Assembly (NCBI GenBank): GCA_951406725.2
Contig: OX597817.1
Location: forward strand, 135,718,001 to 135,782,000
Direction: 5' to 3'
DNA length: 64,000 bases
Origin: Octopus vulgaris
Lineage: Eukaryota
In this document: positions 37,885 to 53,240 of the stretch, piece after piece
Layout: each line of letters starts with the position of its first letter
How positions within the stretch are numbered: position 1 is the stretch's first letter
Made by a program: the position numbers and the translations under genes
The notes under the pieces: model-generated
What the model was told of the DNA's origin: nothing
Database searches by the model: none
Seen by the model: the letters and a program-made list of their open reading frames with translations, nothing else

Positions 37885-38647
37885 CCACTTCTATTCTTCT
37901 TATATTTAATTATATAATAGATATCTGTGTGTGTGTGTGTTTATGCTTGTGCATGTGTGTGTGTGTGTGTTCGTGTATATTACTATTGAATATATGTACG
38001 AATATATGTGTGCGAATATTCAAATTTTATCGATTTGGAAGGGACGAATGGTATAAACGGCCATGGAGGTTTTGAATTTAGAACGTATAGACGTAAATTT
38101 AATAACTCGATTGATATTGTCGATGCTCTGCTTGTCTTTCACACAACAAGGGCACCATATGAAAGACAGCGGGCAAAAGCAAAGCAGAGAGGAGATGGTA
38201 TTACAAGAAACTTATTAAGTCTACAACTGATAAATAAGTCAGGTTTTTTAATGTTTAAATACAGCAAAATATGACATCTTGAAATTTTATTTTGACACAA
38301 TTAATCCCGAGAAAATGAATAACTTATAAATTAAAAGCCAAAGATTTTAAATAATCTATATGTCAAACATTAATTTGAAGTTGAGAAATAACAACAAATC
38401 TATCGACACACCTCAAAAACCCGAATGCATATAATTTGTCTGGCGATCATCGAGTTTTATTTAATCTTGAATTAGCTATAAATGGTTAATTTCCCTTGAC
38501 TGGATCTAAGCGGTGTCTATAGCTGTTTCGTCACACACTTGACTCTGCAGACAGAGTCAAACCTCTATTATACTTATAAACTCTTCACATCGAAATACCA
38601 ACAGAATAGCTCGCTATTCAGAAATTGGTTAATAAGAGCCTTACTTA

Positions 38648-38697
<50 letters not shown>

Positions 38698-38993
38698 AGG
38701 AGGAAGGGAGGAAAATGTGTTTTATTTGAATAAGTAACGTAGTATGTAAAGGTGGATGGAAGCCAGCAGTTGGTTTGTTTTTGTTCGCTCTTAATTTGGG
38801 GTTTAAAAAAGGATATTAAATAATCATAAATTCCCGGCCATTTATCTTTGTGTTCCTATCTTCGAATACACACACACAGACACAAACACACGCGCATGCA
38901 TACCCATATTTCTCTTATATATATATATATATATACATAGATAGATACACATACATTCATAAAATCTTACCTATAATATACACGCACACACAA

Positions 38994-39078
<85 letters not shown>

Positions 39079-39584
39079 TATAGGACACAGTGTTTCAGCT
39101 CTAATTAAAGATTTCATCGCTACACTACAGCCATACTTATCCAAGAAGCAAAGTTTATTTGATTTTTTTTGCTTATAGAAAAAGAAACACAGTGCTGTTT
39201 TCGTGTAAGTCCATTTGCATAGTTTTAATTAAACAATCAAACTTTTCCATAAGGAAAGCAAAAAGAAAATAATAAATAAATAAGAAGCTAATTTGCAATC
39301 AAAGCAAGATTGTACCGGGCCGAGTTCTTTATTCCTATTATCGTCCCGCATCTAAACAAGGTTCAGACTGTCATTTATCCCGAATATCTTTAGCTGTATG
39401 CCTTCCTCTTTCTTTCACAGTCGCCAACAATTGCCGATAGGTTTTAGTTTTCCGTTTCCTACTCGGAAAGAAATTAATTATTTTTACGCCCATCAATAAC
39501 CCCCACACCCCACCTCTCTCTCATCTCATTTATCCAAATTCATATCCTCTTTCGGTTATTTTTCTTAGCTTTTTACTTTTAAAT

Positions 39585-39958
39585 GCGTGTATGTATGCAT
39601 ACCTATGTATGTATGTATGTATGTATGTATGTATGTATGTATGTATGTATGTATGTATGTATGTATGTATGTATGTATGTATGTACCTATGTATGTATGT
39701 GTGTATGTATTTACCAATGTATGTATGTATGTATGTATGCATGTATGTACATATGTATGTATGTATGTATGTTTGTATGTATGTACCTATGTATGTACCT
39801 ATGTATGTATGTATGTATGTATGTATGTATGTATGTATGTATGTATGTATGTATGTATGTATGTGTATATGTATGTACCAATGTATGTATGTATGTATGT
39901 ATGTATGTATGTATGTATGTATGTATGCATGTATGTACATATGTATGTATGTATGTAC

Positions 39959-39989
<31 letters not shown>

Positions 39990-40101
39990 TGTATGTTTGT
40001 ATGTATGTATGTATGTACCTATGTATGTATGTGTGTATGTATGTACCTATGTATGTATGTATGTATGTATGTATGTATGTATGTATGTATGTATGTATGT
40101 A
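39585..40101. repeat. (TATG)n microsatellite with variant units
   Basis: Direct reading. Confidence 0.95.
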
Positions 40102-40130
40102 TCGCGCTCTCTCTATCTATCTATATATAT

Positions 40131-40838
40131 TCTTTTATTCTTTTACTTGTTTCAGTTATTTGACTACGGCCATGCTGGTGCACTGCCTTTCGTCGAGAAA
40201 ATCGACTCCAGGACTTATTCTTTGTAAGCCTAGTGCTTATCCAATCGATCTTTTACCGAACCGCTAAGTTACGGGGGACATAAACACACCAACAGCGATT
40301 GTCAAGCGATGTTGATGGGGCGACAAACACAGACACACAAATATATATATACACACACATGCATATATATATATACACACATGCATATATATATATACGA
40401 CGGGCTTCTTTCAGTTTCCGTCTACCAAATCCACTCACAAGGCTTTGGTCGGTCAGAGGCTATAGTAAAAGGTTCTCAAACGTTTTGGGCCATCGCCCCC
40501 CGCCTCATGGCCACATAATACTCTCGGCGCCCAACCCCTATTTTTTATGTATAAATAAAAATTTTATATTTTACTAATTTGTTTATACTATGAATCATTT
40601 AATCTTTAATATAATATTATATAAATTGTATACAATAGTATAATAATATTATTATAAATTCATAGCGTCCCCCAATCTACTGGCTTTCTCCCAACGCCTT
40701 CTTTTTGTCTGCCGCCCCCCCCCCCCATTAGGCACCAGCGCCCACCTGGATCGTCTTAGCGCCCACCGGGGGGCGGTAGCGCTCACTTTGAGAAACCTAT
40801 GATGTAGTAAGCAAGCTACTTACTACAGCCACGCGCCA
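40131..40838 (-). mobile_element. SINE family B interrupted by a MITE
   Basis: Body 40131-40468, head remnant 40805-40838. Confidence 0.8.
40469..40801. mobile_element. hAT-like MITE
   Basis: Terminal inverted repeats aggttctcaaa / tttgagaaacct, GC-rich subterminal cgcccc motifs, AT-rich core. Confidence 0.7.
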
Positions 40839-40841
40839 ATA

Positions 40842-40873
<32 letters not shown>

Positions 40874-40991
40874 AATATATATATATATGTGTGTGTGCGT
40901 GTATGTATATATATTTATATATATATATATATGTGTGTGTGTATATATATATATGTATATATATACATACATATATACATGTATATATATG

Positions 40992-41035
<44 letters not shown>

Positions 41036-41045
41036 TACATATACA

Positions 41046-41298
41046 CTTTATTATTAAAGCTGCAAAAAACTCGCAAAAGATATCACAAAATTCTGTTACT
41101 CAGAGTTTCACGTTCTCGTTTGTCGGACGGATCACAACTGCCCGACGAACGGGAACGTGCGTGAAACACTGAATAGTAAATTTTTTGTAATATTTTCTAT
41201 GTTTTTGCAACTTTAATAATAAAGCATATTACTCTACCTCCGGTATTCGAGTACTATTTTTTCCCACCTTGTTTCACATTTACGTGCTTACTCTGGCG
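41046..41298 (+). mobile_element. Family H fold-back element with HHR motifs in both arms
   Basis: Arms span 41046-41224; plus CCGACGA ACG-ggaa-CGT..GAAA, minus CCGACAA ACG-agaa-CGT GAAA CTCTGAG TA ACAG; family H tail. Confidence 0.8.
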
Positions 41299-41301
41299 TG
41301 T

Positions 41302-41334
<33 letters not shown>

Positions 41335-41335
<1 letters not shown>

Positions 41336-41722
41336 TCTTTTACTAGTTTCAGTCATGTGACTGAGGCCATGCTGGAGCACCGCCTTTAGTCGAATAAAAC
41401 GACCCCAGGACTTATTCTTTTGTAAGCCTAGTACTTATTCTATCGATCTCATTAACCGAACCGCTAAGTTACAGAGACGTAAACACACCAACATCGGTTG
41501 TCAAGCGATGGTGGTGGTGGGGGGGGCAAACACAGACACACAAAGATATACATATATACACATACATACGACAGGCTTCTTTCAGTTTCCGTCTACCAAA
41601 TTGACCCACAAGACTTTGGTCGGCCCGAGGCTATACTAGAAGACACTTGCTCAAGGTGTTACGCAGTGGAACTGAACCCGGAACCATGTGGTCGGTAAGC
41701 AAGCTACTTACCACACAGCCAC
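41335..41722 (-). mobile_element. SINE family B, near full length
   Basis: Matches 9856-10270. Confidence 0.9.
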
Positions 41723-42265
41723 CCCATATGTATGTGTGTGTGTGCACGTGTGTTTGCGTGTGTGTACATGATGTGTGTGTGTGTATGTGTGTACATGAAG
41801 TGCGTGTGTATGCACATGCGCACACATTCTGTGATCAAAGACTAAAAACAGTTTAACTAAAAAGGTTGAAACTCCATGTTATTGACGTAAACTTCGCCTC
41901 TCTTCTGATCGTTTCTTCTCGCAGCCAAAGCAGAACCACTGACTGCAGCAACAGTGACAACAGAAATAATAGCAGCAGCAGCAGCAGCGGCAGCAGCCAC
42001 ATCGATTACTCATAAGGATAACCAAAGGTACATATTGTAGAGAAAGAATTATAATTTATTGAATTTACCATAGCATAAAACTGGTATTTGAATAAATTTC
42101 TCGGGAATAAAAGCAGGGTGCAATATTTTGGGTGTGCTACATGAGGACTACATGGGATCGATGTAATCGACGAGTCCCTCCCTCCGAAAAGCCTCAGGTC
42201 CTCATCCTATAAGAGAAAGGATTATTTCTTTTTAATAATTTGATATTTTATTACTTTATTATTCA

Positions 42266-42820
42266 AAGGCGGCGAGCTGGCAGAAACGTTAGCACGCCGG
42301 GCGAAATGCTTAGAGGTATTTCATCTGTCGTTACGTTCTGAGTTCAAATTCCGCTTTGGTCGACTTTGCCTTTCATCCTTTTGGGTCGATAAATTAAGTA
42401 CCAGTTGCGTACTGGGGTCGACTGGCCCCTCCCTCCACCAAAATTTTGGCCATTATGCATGGAGTAGAAAAGATTATACTATTATTCAAAGGTGGCGGGC
42501 TGGCAGAAACGTTAGCACGCCCGGCGAAATGCTATCGCCGAGGTCTATGTTTAGCTCCTTGTGGGTAATAAAGAAATAGGTATTTCGTCTGCCGCTACGT
42601 TCTGAGTTCAAATTCCGCCGAAGTCGACTTTGCCTTTCATTCTTTTGGGGTCGATAAATTAAGTACCAGTTACGCACTGAGGTCGATATAATCGACTCAA
42701 TCCATTTGTTTGTCTTTGTTTGTTCTCCCTGTGTTTAGCCCCTTTTGGGTTGTAAAGAAATAGGTATTTTGTCTGTCTTTACGTTCTGAGTTCAAATTAT
42801 GCCTAGAGTAGAAAATATTA
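42266..42820 (+). mobile_element. Cluster of SINE family A copies (monomer plus rearranged multimer)
   Basis: Heads at about 42266 and 42490, repeated gagttcaaat and ggtatt junctions. Confidence 0.9.
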
Positions 42821-43816
42821 TAAAAATAATCTTGTCGTAATTTGTTTTTATAGGTAATAATGCACACTCAGAAACTAAGATTTAAGACAGGTTGAATGTG
42901 TGTAGCTGAAGGTTTGTATACTTATGCAGAGAAATAGATTCAGTACCGTAGCATAGCCGACGGTAACAACCAATGGGGACTAAAAGTCGATACCGACAAT
43001 TTTTAAGCTAAAATCTTCAACTGGAATAAACTCAGTAATGATTTCTGGAGCAGAAGGCCTGAAGTTGATCGTGTCCAAGGTGGTAGATGTGGGAAAGAGG
43101 CGACTCTAGTACTTCTGTTTTGTTTTATCCGTCCCAGAAAGACGGTCCTGAGTGAGACTTTATACTGCATCCATTATTAGGGCCTTGGTGCTGGGATTCC
43201 AGGGGTTAAGGAATGTGGAACCACCTTTTCGCCACTGTTTTTCCTGGATCTAATCTAACCTGGAATAGTAGCTTCTGCTAGGGTACCTGTTATGGGTTAA
43301 TTAGCATGTGTACCCCACGCTTCAAACCCAGATTACGTCTGCTCTTGGTTAGCGGATCCCTAGCGACGGCCGACAATCGACGGTACGATGAACTGCTGCA
43401 GATCACACTATAACAAAGTGTAGATGCATGTTATCGGGGACCACATGTGAACTTCTATTCCCACGAAAACCCCGAACATGAACACTACACCTCAACAGCA
43501 AATGACGACTACGGCACGGCGTCAGCTCTATCCGACGCGCTTGCTCTCACCGTGGGGCATTTGTCAAATTTGTAAGCTGGATTCTCTGGCCGCAAGTAGA
43601 AGCATTACATTATTTTGCTTGCTGAAATGTTAAGGCCGACCGCCGGATGTGGTCAGCATTGGTGAGGGTCATAGTGAACTCGTTGCTCGGAGCCGGCTCA
43701 ACTCACCCCGGGAGAATGCCATCAGAAGTACAAGTAGCATGTGACTAGAATTCTCCAAGTGCTAGATCTTACTAGATCGCTGAGGATCTTTCCTGGCAGA
43801 ATCACATCCTTAAGTG

Positions 43817-43915
43817 GGGGTCTGTTTCAACGGCCCTATTCTAGCGACCCTATTCCAACGGTCCTATTCCAGCGACCCTATTCCAAAGGCCCTATTCCAA
43901 TGGTCCTGATTCCTA
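43817..43915. repeat. 14-bp minisatellite (CGRYCCTATTCCAR), about 6-7 units
   Basis: cggccctattctag cgaccctattccaa cggtcctattccag cgaccctattccaa aggccctattccaa. Confidence 0.85.
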
Positions 43916-43929
43916 AGAGTCAGAAAATA

Positions 43930-44100
43930 CTTCATCGTCCCCACCACCAATTGCTGACATTCTACAAATCTGAAGTTAGGTGCACAAAGTGGTATTGCTC
44001 CCACATCTGGGACGGCGCTACTACTGCCCACACAGATGTCCTGGACCTCATCCAGAGAAAGGCCACTCGATAGATTGGCATAAAATCACTCACACACGGG
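43930..44100 (+). pseudogene. Jockey/CR1-group LINE C-terminal relic
   Basis: LLTFYKSEVR...YCSHIWDGA...LDLIQRKATR. Confidence 0.7.
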
Positions 44101-44319
44101 CTCAGGCTTCTGGCCCGCAGACATCCTGTCTCTTCTTTCCCCTCCCTTCCTCTTCTATCGCTTCTGTTCGCCGGCGTTCGCTGGTTCCCTACCATCTCTC
44201 TTCCACTTCTCCCGGATCACACGTCCCATTATTTTTATCCACCCCTGTTGTGATCCCACCAAGGACTTTTAAGTAGCTGCTAAAAAGGAAAGAACACGTC
44301 TTCACTTTTGAACCAAGTA

Positions 44320-44379
44320 ATAGTAGTAGTGGTAGTGGTGGCACTACTACTACTGCTGGTGCTGGTGCTGCTGCTGCTG

Positions 44380-44438
<59 letters not shown>

Positions 44439-44510
44439 GTTGCTGTTCTTCTTCCTCTCCTCCAACTCCGTCTACTGCTGCTGGTGCTGGTACTGCTGCT
44501 GCTACTACTA

Positions 44511-44560
<50 letters not shown>

Positions 44561-44770
44561 GCTACTACTACAACTACTACTACTACTACTATCACTGCTG
44601 CCGCTGCTGCTGCTGCTGCTGCTGTCTTGATATATTCAGCTTCAGAAGAAACATTAACAACTTTAGCAACAACAACCTCAATAACAACAACAACAGCAAC
44701 TCTAGCGATACAACAACAACACCACCAGCAACAACAACAACAACAACAACAACACCAACACCAACAACGA
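44320..44770. repeat. Mosaic trinucleotide repeats (CTA/CTG/CAA)
   Basis: Direct reading. Confidence 0.9.
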
Positions 44771-45282
44771 ATGTTATGAGATGATGACAAATTGGAAATG
44801 AGACAGCAAATATTTACAACTAATATTTTAAGTGGATTTCTTTATGGAGCAACAAGTCAAAGTATTGGTTTTCAGTTATAAAACTGAACGGGTCAAGTGA
44901 TTTGACGGAAATAATATTTTTAGATCAATCCAGATTTTATTTGAAAAGCGATAAATCGAACATTATTTACGACTTTCAATTATTATTTCCGCTTTCATTT
45001 GTTTGTGCTGTCTGATCGTGGCTTGTCGCTCCATGGTAAACCAGTAATATAAGCTACCACACTTCGCCTTTCAAAATATGGCAGATTTCTGATCATTTAT
45101 AGTTGAGCAAATATTGCTGAGATTTATTGCTGAACCGAGTCAATACGGCAACAAACCTTCCGCTCGATCAACACAGAAGTTACAATGACCCTATGGTATT
45201 ACAGCTATCACTATGAAATACAAAAGTAACAAGGACCCCACGGTATTACAAACTACTATTGTCAAACAATCTACTCTGGTGT

Positions 45283-45652
45283 GTGGAGGCGCGATGGCCC
45301 GCAGGCTAGGGCTGCGGACTCGCGGTCGGAGGACCGCGAATACGATTCCCAGACTGGGTGTTGTAAGTGTTTATTGAGCGAAAAACCTAAAGTTCTACGA
45401 GGTTCCGGTAGGGGGTGGTGGCGAACCCTGCTATACTCTTTCTCTCATTCTTCTTCTTGTTTCTGTTGTACCTGTATTTTCAAAGTGGCCAGCCTTGTCA
45501 CACTCGTCGTTCACTCCGAGAACTACGTTAAGGGTGCTCGTGTCTGTGGAGTGCTCAGCCACTTGCACGTTAATTTCACGAGCAGGCTGTTCCGTTGATT
45601 CGGTTCAACTGGAACTCTCCTCGTCATCGTACCCGCCGGCGGAGTGCCACGA
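45283..45652 (+). mobile_element. SINE family C, near full length
   Basis: ggaggcgcgatggccc head through ggagtgccac end. Confidence 0.9.
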
Positions 45653-46181
45653 CGACCCGGGTATATTTGTTAACATTTTCACCAAAACAACAACTTTATC
45701 TATAGCAGTTCTTTTGTGATTAGAGATGGGGCTGGAGTGTCTCGATTCCTTCTTCTTTAATTTTGGTCCTTCAATAATACATACAGTCTTCTTTTTTTTC
45801 TTAATTTTATTTCAATTCCTTTTTGCTTCTATCAAAGTTCTTTGTTGTTTCCGATCCATTCTTGGTTGGTTCGTCTTTATTCTTTCCTTCTTTCTTTTCT
45901 GATTCCTTTTTGAATCTTTCTTCATTTGTTCTTGGTTTCCTCTTAACCATTTTCGCCATTGATTCTTGACCTTTTCTCACAATAATTAGAATAATTTGGG
46001 ATCTGAAATGTTTTGTGGTTGGCGGCCCCTTCTAAGACTCTTGTGTTATTTAGTCACCCGATTTAATCCCTGACGCCGTTTTGTAGCTCCACCCCTTACA
46101 CTGGTCCCTATTCATAACCCTTGCAGAAATAAAAGAATATATTATTTGTTTTCAATGCTGTTGAATATATCATATTCATCA

Positions 46182-46339
46182 TCACCACCACCACCACCAC
46201 CACCACCACCACCACCACCACCACCACCACCACCACCACCACCACCACCACCACCACCACCACCACCTCCACCACCACCAAAACCACCACCACCACACCA
46301 CCACCATACCACCACTACCACCACCATACCACCACCACC

Positions 46340-46373
<34 letters not shown>

Positions 46374-46375
46374 TC
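46182..46375. repeat. (CAC)n/(CAT)n microsatellite
   Basis: Direct reading; source of the poly-P/G/V ORFs. Confidence 0.95.
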
Positions 46376-47519
46376 AATACTATCATCAAGATGACAAAGG
46401 CTGATGTGTATGACCATGATGATGATGATGATGGTAAATGATTATGATGATGGTGATGATGGTGATGACGATGATGATGACGATAACAATCCTAACGACT
46501 TCTCCATCACAGCAAGATAAACATCTTGTGTGATTTAATACTTGAATCGCTGATAACACTCACATATTCACACACACACACAGACACATACGCACACGCA
46601 CTAACGCGCGCGCGCACACACACACTCACACTCACACACACACGCAGACACACACACACACACAAACACACACACACTCACACACACACACACACACACG
46701 CACACACTCACACACACAGAAGCTGTATAAATACGTAAGTACACATGCATTTGCACAGAAAACACGTAATGCACACACACACAGAGCAGATAGGCAAAGA
46801 GCAGAAATGCACAAAATTGAAAATACGCACATATGCACACACACACACACACACAGATGCATATACACAAGCACGCATGCACACACACACACATACCGCA
46901 CACAAACGCATACACACAATGAGGCAAAGCGCGTGCATACACACACACGCACGCACACACAAACGCATACCCATACAATGAGGCAAAGCCCCCACACACA
47001 CACTTACACACGTACCCCTACACCCACACACACACGTACCCCAACACCCACACACACACGTACCCCTACACCCACTGACGTCCTGTCCACCTGAAAACAA
47101 AATTTGTTGATATGTCGGATCCGGTTACTTCGTCTGCAGTTGTTACAACGGGTGGCTTTGGGTACAAACAAACACCGACTTCCGTTACTTCTGACTGTAT
47201 TTAGTGACTTGGGTAGATCGGTTGAATCGGGTGGGTTACTAAAGAGAAGGGTGACAAAAAAGGGGGTGGTGGAGGCGGTCGGTCGGGGGAGGGGTTTTGT
47301 TAATAAACAATAAGTCATTGCTGAAGTAAAAGTGTAAATAAACAAATGCCCAACGGGGCTTTACCTATGCGGTGGCGGTGGTGTGGTGGTGATGATGTGG
47401 CGGCGGTGATGTGGTGGACAGCATGCTGTGCCGTTCAGTCTTTATCTTATCAAACTCTTTCTAAAATGGACTAACAGCTGAACACACGAAATAAGTGTAC
47501 TGTCATTGGAGGAGTATAG

Positions 47520-49276
<1,757 letters not shown>

Positions 49277-49476
49277 CACCGGAGTAAACACATAAATGTG
49301 AAACAAGGTGGAAAAAAGAGTACTCAAATACCAGTGGTAGAGTAATATGCTTTATTTTAAGCAGCAGAAAATTCAACAAAATCTGTTACTCTGAGTTTCT
49401 CGTTGCCGTCTGATGAACGGCAACGAGAAACTCAGAGTAACAGATTTTGTTGAATTTTCTGCTGCTTAAAATAAAG
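49277..49476. mobile_element. Family H fold-back element: perfect 60-bp arms 49350-49409 / 49417-49476, loop = CTGATGA
   Basis: Plus strand CCGT CTGATGA ACG-gcaa-CGA GAAA CTCAGAG TA ACAG; tail on the left side. Confidence 0.9.
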
Positions 49477-50230
49477 TATATATATATTTATACAGATACA
49501 CACACATATGTATGTTTAACATACTAATATATGATGCATATATCATGTGTTTATATCTGTATATATATATATATATAACGACAAGCACCAGGGTATGTAT
49601 GTGCGCACATTTAAGGTGGCCAACTAATTTAGTATTATTTAAAACGTCGAAGAGTTTGCTTCACGCTAATCGTTCCGGCTGCCAACGCTTTATGTTGAAT
49701 TCCAGTCTCGGAGAGTTTTAACTTTCATCTTTTCGGATCGATAAATAAAGTAACAATCCTGTAATGCATTTTTCATTTCTCCTTATCTCACACTTTTTTA
49801 TGAAACTCACCTTTCCATTTGCCTTTTTGTTTCCTTTTTTTTTTTTCACCTTTTCTTCTGTTCCTCATCAAAGTTCGTTATATTCGTCAACCCGCGCCAT
49901 CACCGTAATAGGAAACGTAAAATCGCATCGATGTGATTAATTTGTATGAGGTCAATATCTATAAATTCGGGGCCATCGACGACTAAGCCCGCAATCCCAC
50001 GGAGCGCTGGTCTGTGAGGAGGAAGCTTTCCATTCTATTTGCTCATCTTGCAGGACGCAAAAAAATAGAAGCTACCAAAGGGCAGATGAGCCCTGGAGAG
50101 TCAACGGCCATCCAAATAGTATTTCGTTATTAATATTACTGCCAGTGACGCCATTACCAGCTCATGATGACAATGTTGATGATGACGATGTTATTATTAT
50201 TATTATTACTATTATTATTATTATTATTAT

Positions 50231-50301
<71 letters not shown>

Positions 50302-50316
50302 TTATTATTATTATTA

Positions 50317-50376
<60 letters not shown>

Positions 50377-50385
50377 TACTATTAC

Positions 50386-50437
<52 letters not shown>

Positions 50438-50438
<1 letters not shown>

Positions 50439-50645
50439 GGGAGTGGAGCTGGAAAAATATCACGCCGGGCAAAATGTATAGCGGTATTTTGTCTGCCATT
50501 ACGTTCTGAGTTCCGCCGAGGTCAACTTTGCCTTTCATCCTTTGGGGTTCGACAAATTAAGTACCAGTTGAGTACTGGGGTCGATGTAATCAACTTTTCC
50601 CTTCTCCTCAAATTTCAGGCCTTGTGCCTAAAGTAGAAATTATAA
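50438..50645 (+). mobile_element. SINE family A monomer
   Basis: Diverged head, core and ttgtgcct tail. Confidence 0.85.
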
Positions 50646-50664
50646 CGGATTATTATTATTATTC

Positions 50665-50867
50665 AGTAGTTTTATTTTTATTTTTTATAGCGTGCTTTCA
50701 CTTCACTACCGAGCGCAGCTCTGTGTGCCTTGGGTATATGCTGTGATTTGTTGTGATGCTCTGATGGTTATTGTATGGAAAGTGTTCTTCGTAGGATGTG
50801 TGCAGTGCCTAGTAGTGCAATTTTCTGTATGTTATATACAGAAAATTGCACTACTAGGCACTGCACA

Positions 50868-50936
<69 letters not shown>

Positions 50937-51300
50937 CATTATTATCATCATTTTCTTTGCACAGCTTCTTACGCTGGAGATGCACTACGGTGTCAGCTGT
51001 TCACTACCAGTGAACTAAGGTAACACCTCTTATTTTTCAAGCACCTTCCGGAGTATTCGAGCAGTTCCAAGTGCTTCACCCTTATTGCAACCCCTATTTG
51101 TTCCATGTACTTCTCGAGATTTTTACTCACTGTTCCCAGAGCTCCGACAGTTATTGGTACTACTACTACCTTTTTCATCTACCACAACTGCTTAACTTCC
51201 CAAGCTAACCTGTCATATCTCTCGACTTTTCTTTCTTCCTTATCGCAAACCTTGTTGTCAGCTGGGCATGCTATACCTATTATCCAGCATAATTTGCTTT
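50665..51300 (-). pseudogene. Two R4/Dong-type LINE 3' fragments separated by (ATT)n
   Basis: 50665-50870 (IQKIALLGTAHIL, with a short internal inversion) and 50950-51300 (KKVVVVPITVGALGTVSKNLEKY). Confidence 0.75.
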
Positions 51301-51317
51301 ATTATTATTATTATTAC

Positions 51318-51395
<78 letters not shown>

Positions 51396-51398
51396 TAC

Positions 51399-51472
<74 letters not shown>

Positions 51473-51599
51473 CACATATTCCAAGGCGGTGCTCCAGCAT
51501 GGCCGCAACCAAATGACTGAAACAAGTAAAAGAATAAAAGAATATAGTGTTGGAAAAGAAAAATTCCTAAACATCGGACAACAATCACTAACCTTTGGT

Positions 51600-51838
51600 G
51601 GCAAGAACCTTCCGATGTATCCGAGCTCTCCCTAATAACGCTGTTAAACCAGATTTTATACCCATTTCCTCTACCCATCTGTTCAAATCTTAATGCATAA
51701 GAACGACAGAGATACAGTTTACCAGCACTTTTCATAGATTCTGTAACTCAATGGCTATTTTCTCTGTACATCTCATATTGACTTTCTCATCATTTAGGAT
51801 TGTAAAGTCAATTATCTGGCACTTTCTATTCTCTTTGT

Positions 51839-51895
<57 letters not shown>

Positions 51896-52615
51896 GCCTT
51901 CTCTTGCTAGTCAGATAATCTTTCTTTTTTTTCTTTTTTTACTTCTGGTTTTAACTTCATTTGGCTTTTGGTTTCCCTGTCTCCTACTGTTACACTAGCA
52001 GCTCTAAATAAACCTTCACTATTACCTATATAGGAGGTTTTATCTTCCCTATCTAACTCCAGGTACTCTTCTACGGATATTATATCTCTACCACTTTGCT
52101 TTCTAGGTGAGTATAATCTTGATACTCCTGCTCTTGGGCGAAGTCCTCCATTCATATTAAATTCCTTCCAAATTCTTCTGTTCAAATTTCATAATTAAGA
52201 TTTTGTCCAATCTACAAACGCTGCCGAATATCTAAGTAGTGATACTGCCCAAGTATTTTACAGCCTTCACTAGACTCGGACCATTTAGCTTTGACTTCAT
52301 TTGTTTCCTCACCCTTCTGATAGATTTCTTCTCAATTTTTGTTTTCATTTCTGTAATTAGTTCTCTGTCAGATTCTAATACTCCAAGATACTTATAACTC
52401 TCTCCTTCTTCCAGCGATTTTAATGTCTGGCCATCAGGTAATTGAATACCTTCGCTGCTGACTACCTTTTCCTTCCATGACTAATATTGCGCACTTATCT
52501 ATGCCAAATTCCATACCTACATCTTTGCTGGAGTTTCTTACAGTTTGTATTAAGGAAGCCATCTCCTTTTTATTCGAAGTAAATATCATCCACGTAGAGC
52601 AAATGGCTAATTTTC
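51600..52615 (-). pseudogene. R4/Dong-type LINE RT/thumb relic
   Basis: ISHLLYVDDI, VGMEFGIDKCA, YKYLGVLE, LRPRAGVSRLYSPRKQSGR. Confidence 0.8.
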
Positions 52616-52975
52616 TTCAGGTCGAGTAGCCCATCCCGCCCAAAAGGTCCCTGAATAAGGTTTGTTTAAGGATGATGAGCAAAACACCCATGTTTCCAAA
52701 GGTGAATTATCCCAATCTTAAAGAATTCCTCTCAACACATGGCTATGATGCTCCTCCACTACTTCTGCTCGTGATCAGAGGTGCATATATCGTCAGCCAC
52801 TAAGGGATATGCTCAACTGGTTAAGGTCAAACAACTGACAAGCAAATCTGTGGTATTGAGCAGAATATTTGTTGTAGCCATCTTTTATACCAAGACAAAA
52901 CAATGTATATGATAACCCTTCCAATCAGTTAAGATCAGACGCCATGAGAGTCACTGCCTGGTACTGCATCAGAGC

Positions 52976-52980
<5 letters not shown>
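52615..52980 (-). mobile_element. Repeat family E, starting at (AAT)n
   Basis: Reverse complement of about 58910-59265. Confidence 0.85.

Positions 52981-53240
<260 letters not shown>

Noticed and set aside
43190-43740. Possible SINE tail and RTE 5' UTR/endonuclease remnant
   Set aside because: Too decayed to verify from peptides, and no second copy in the window
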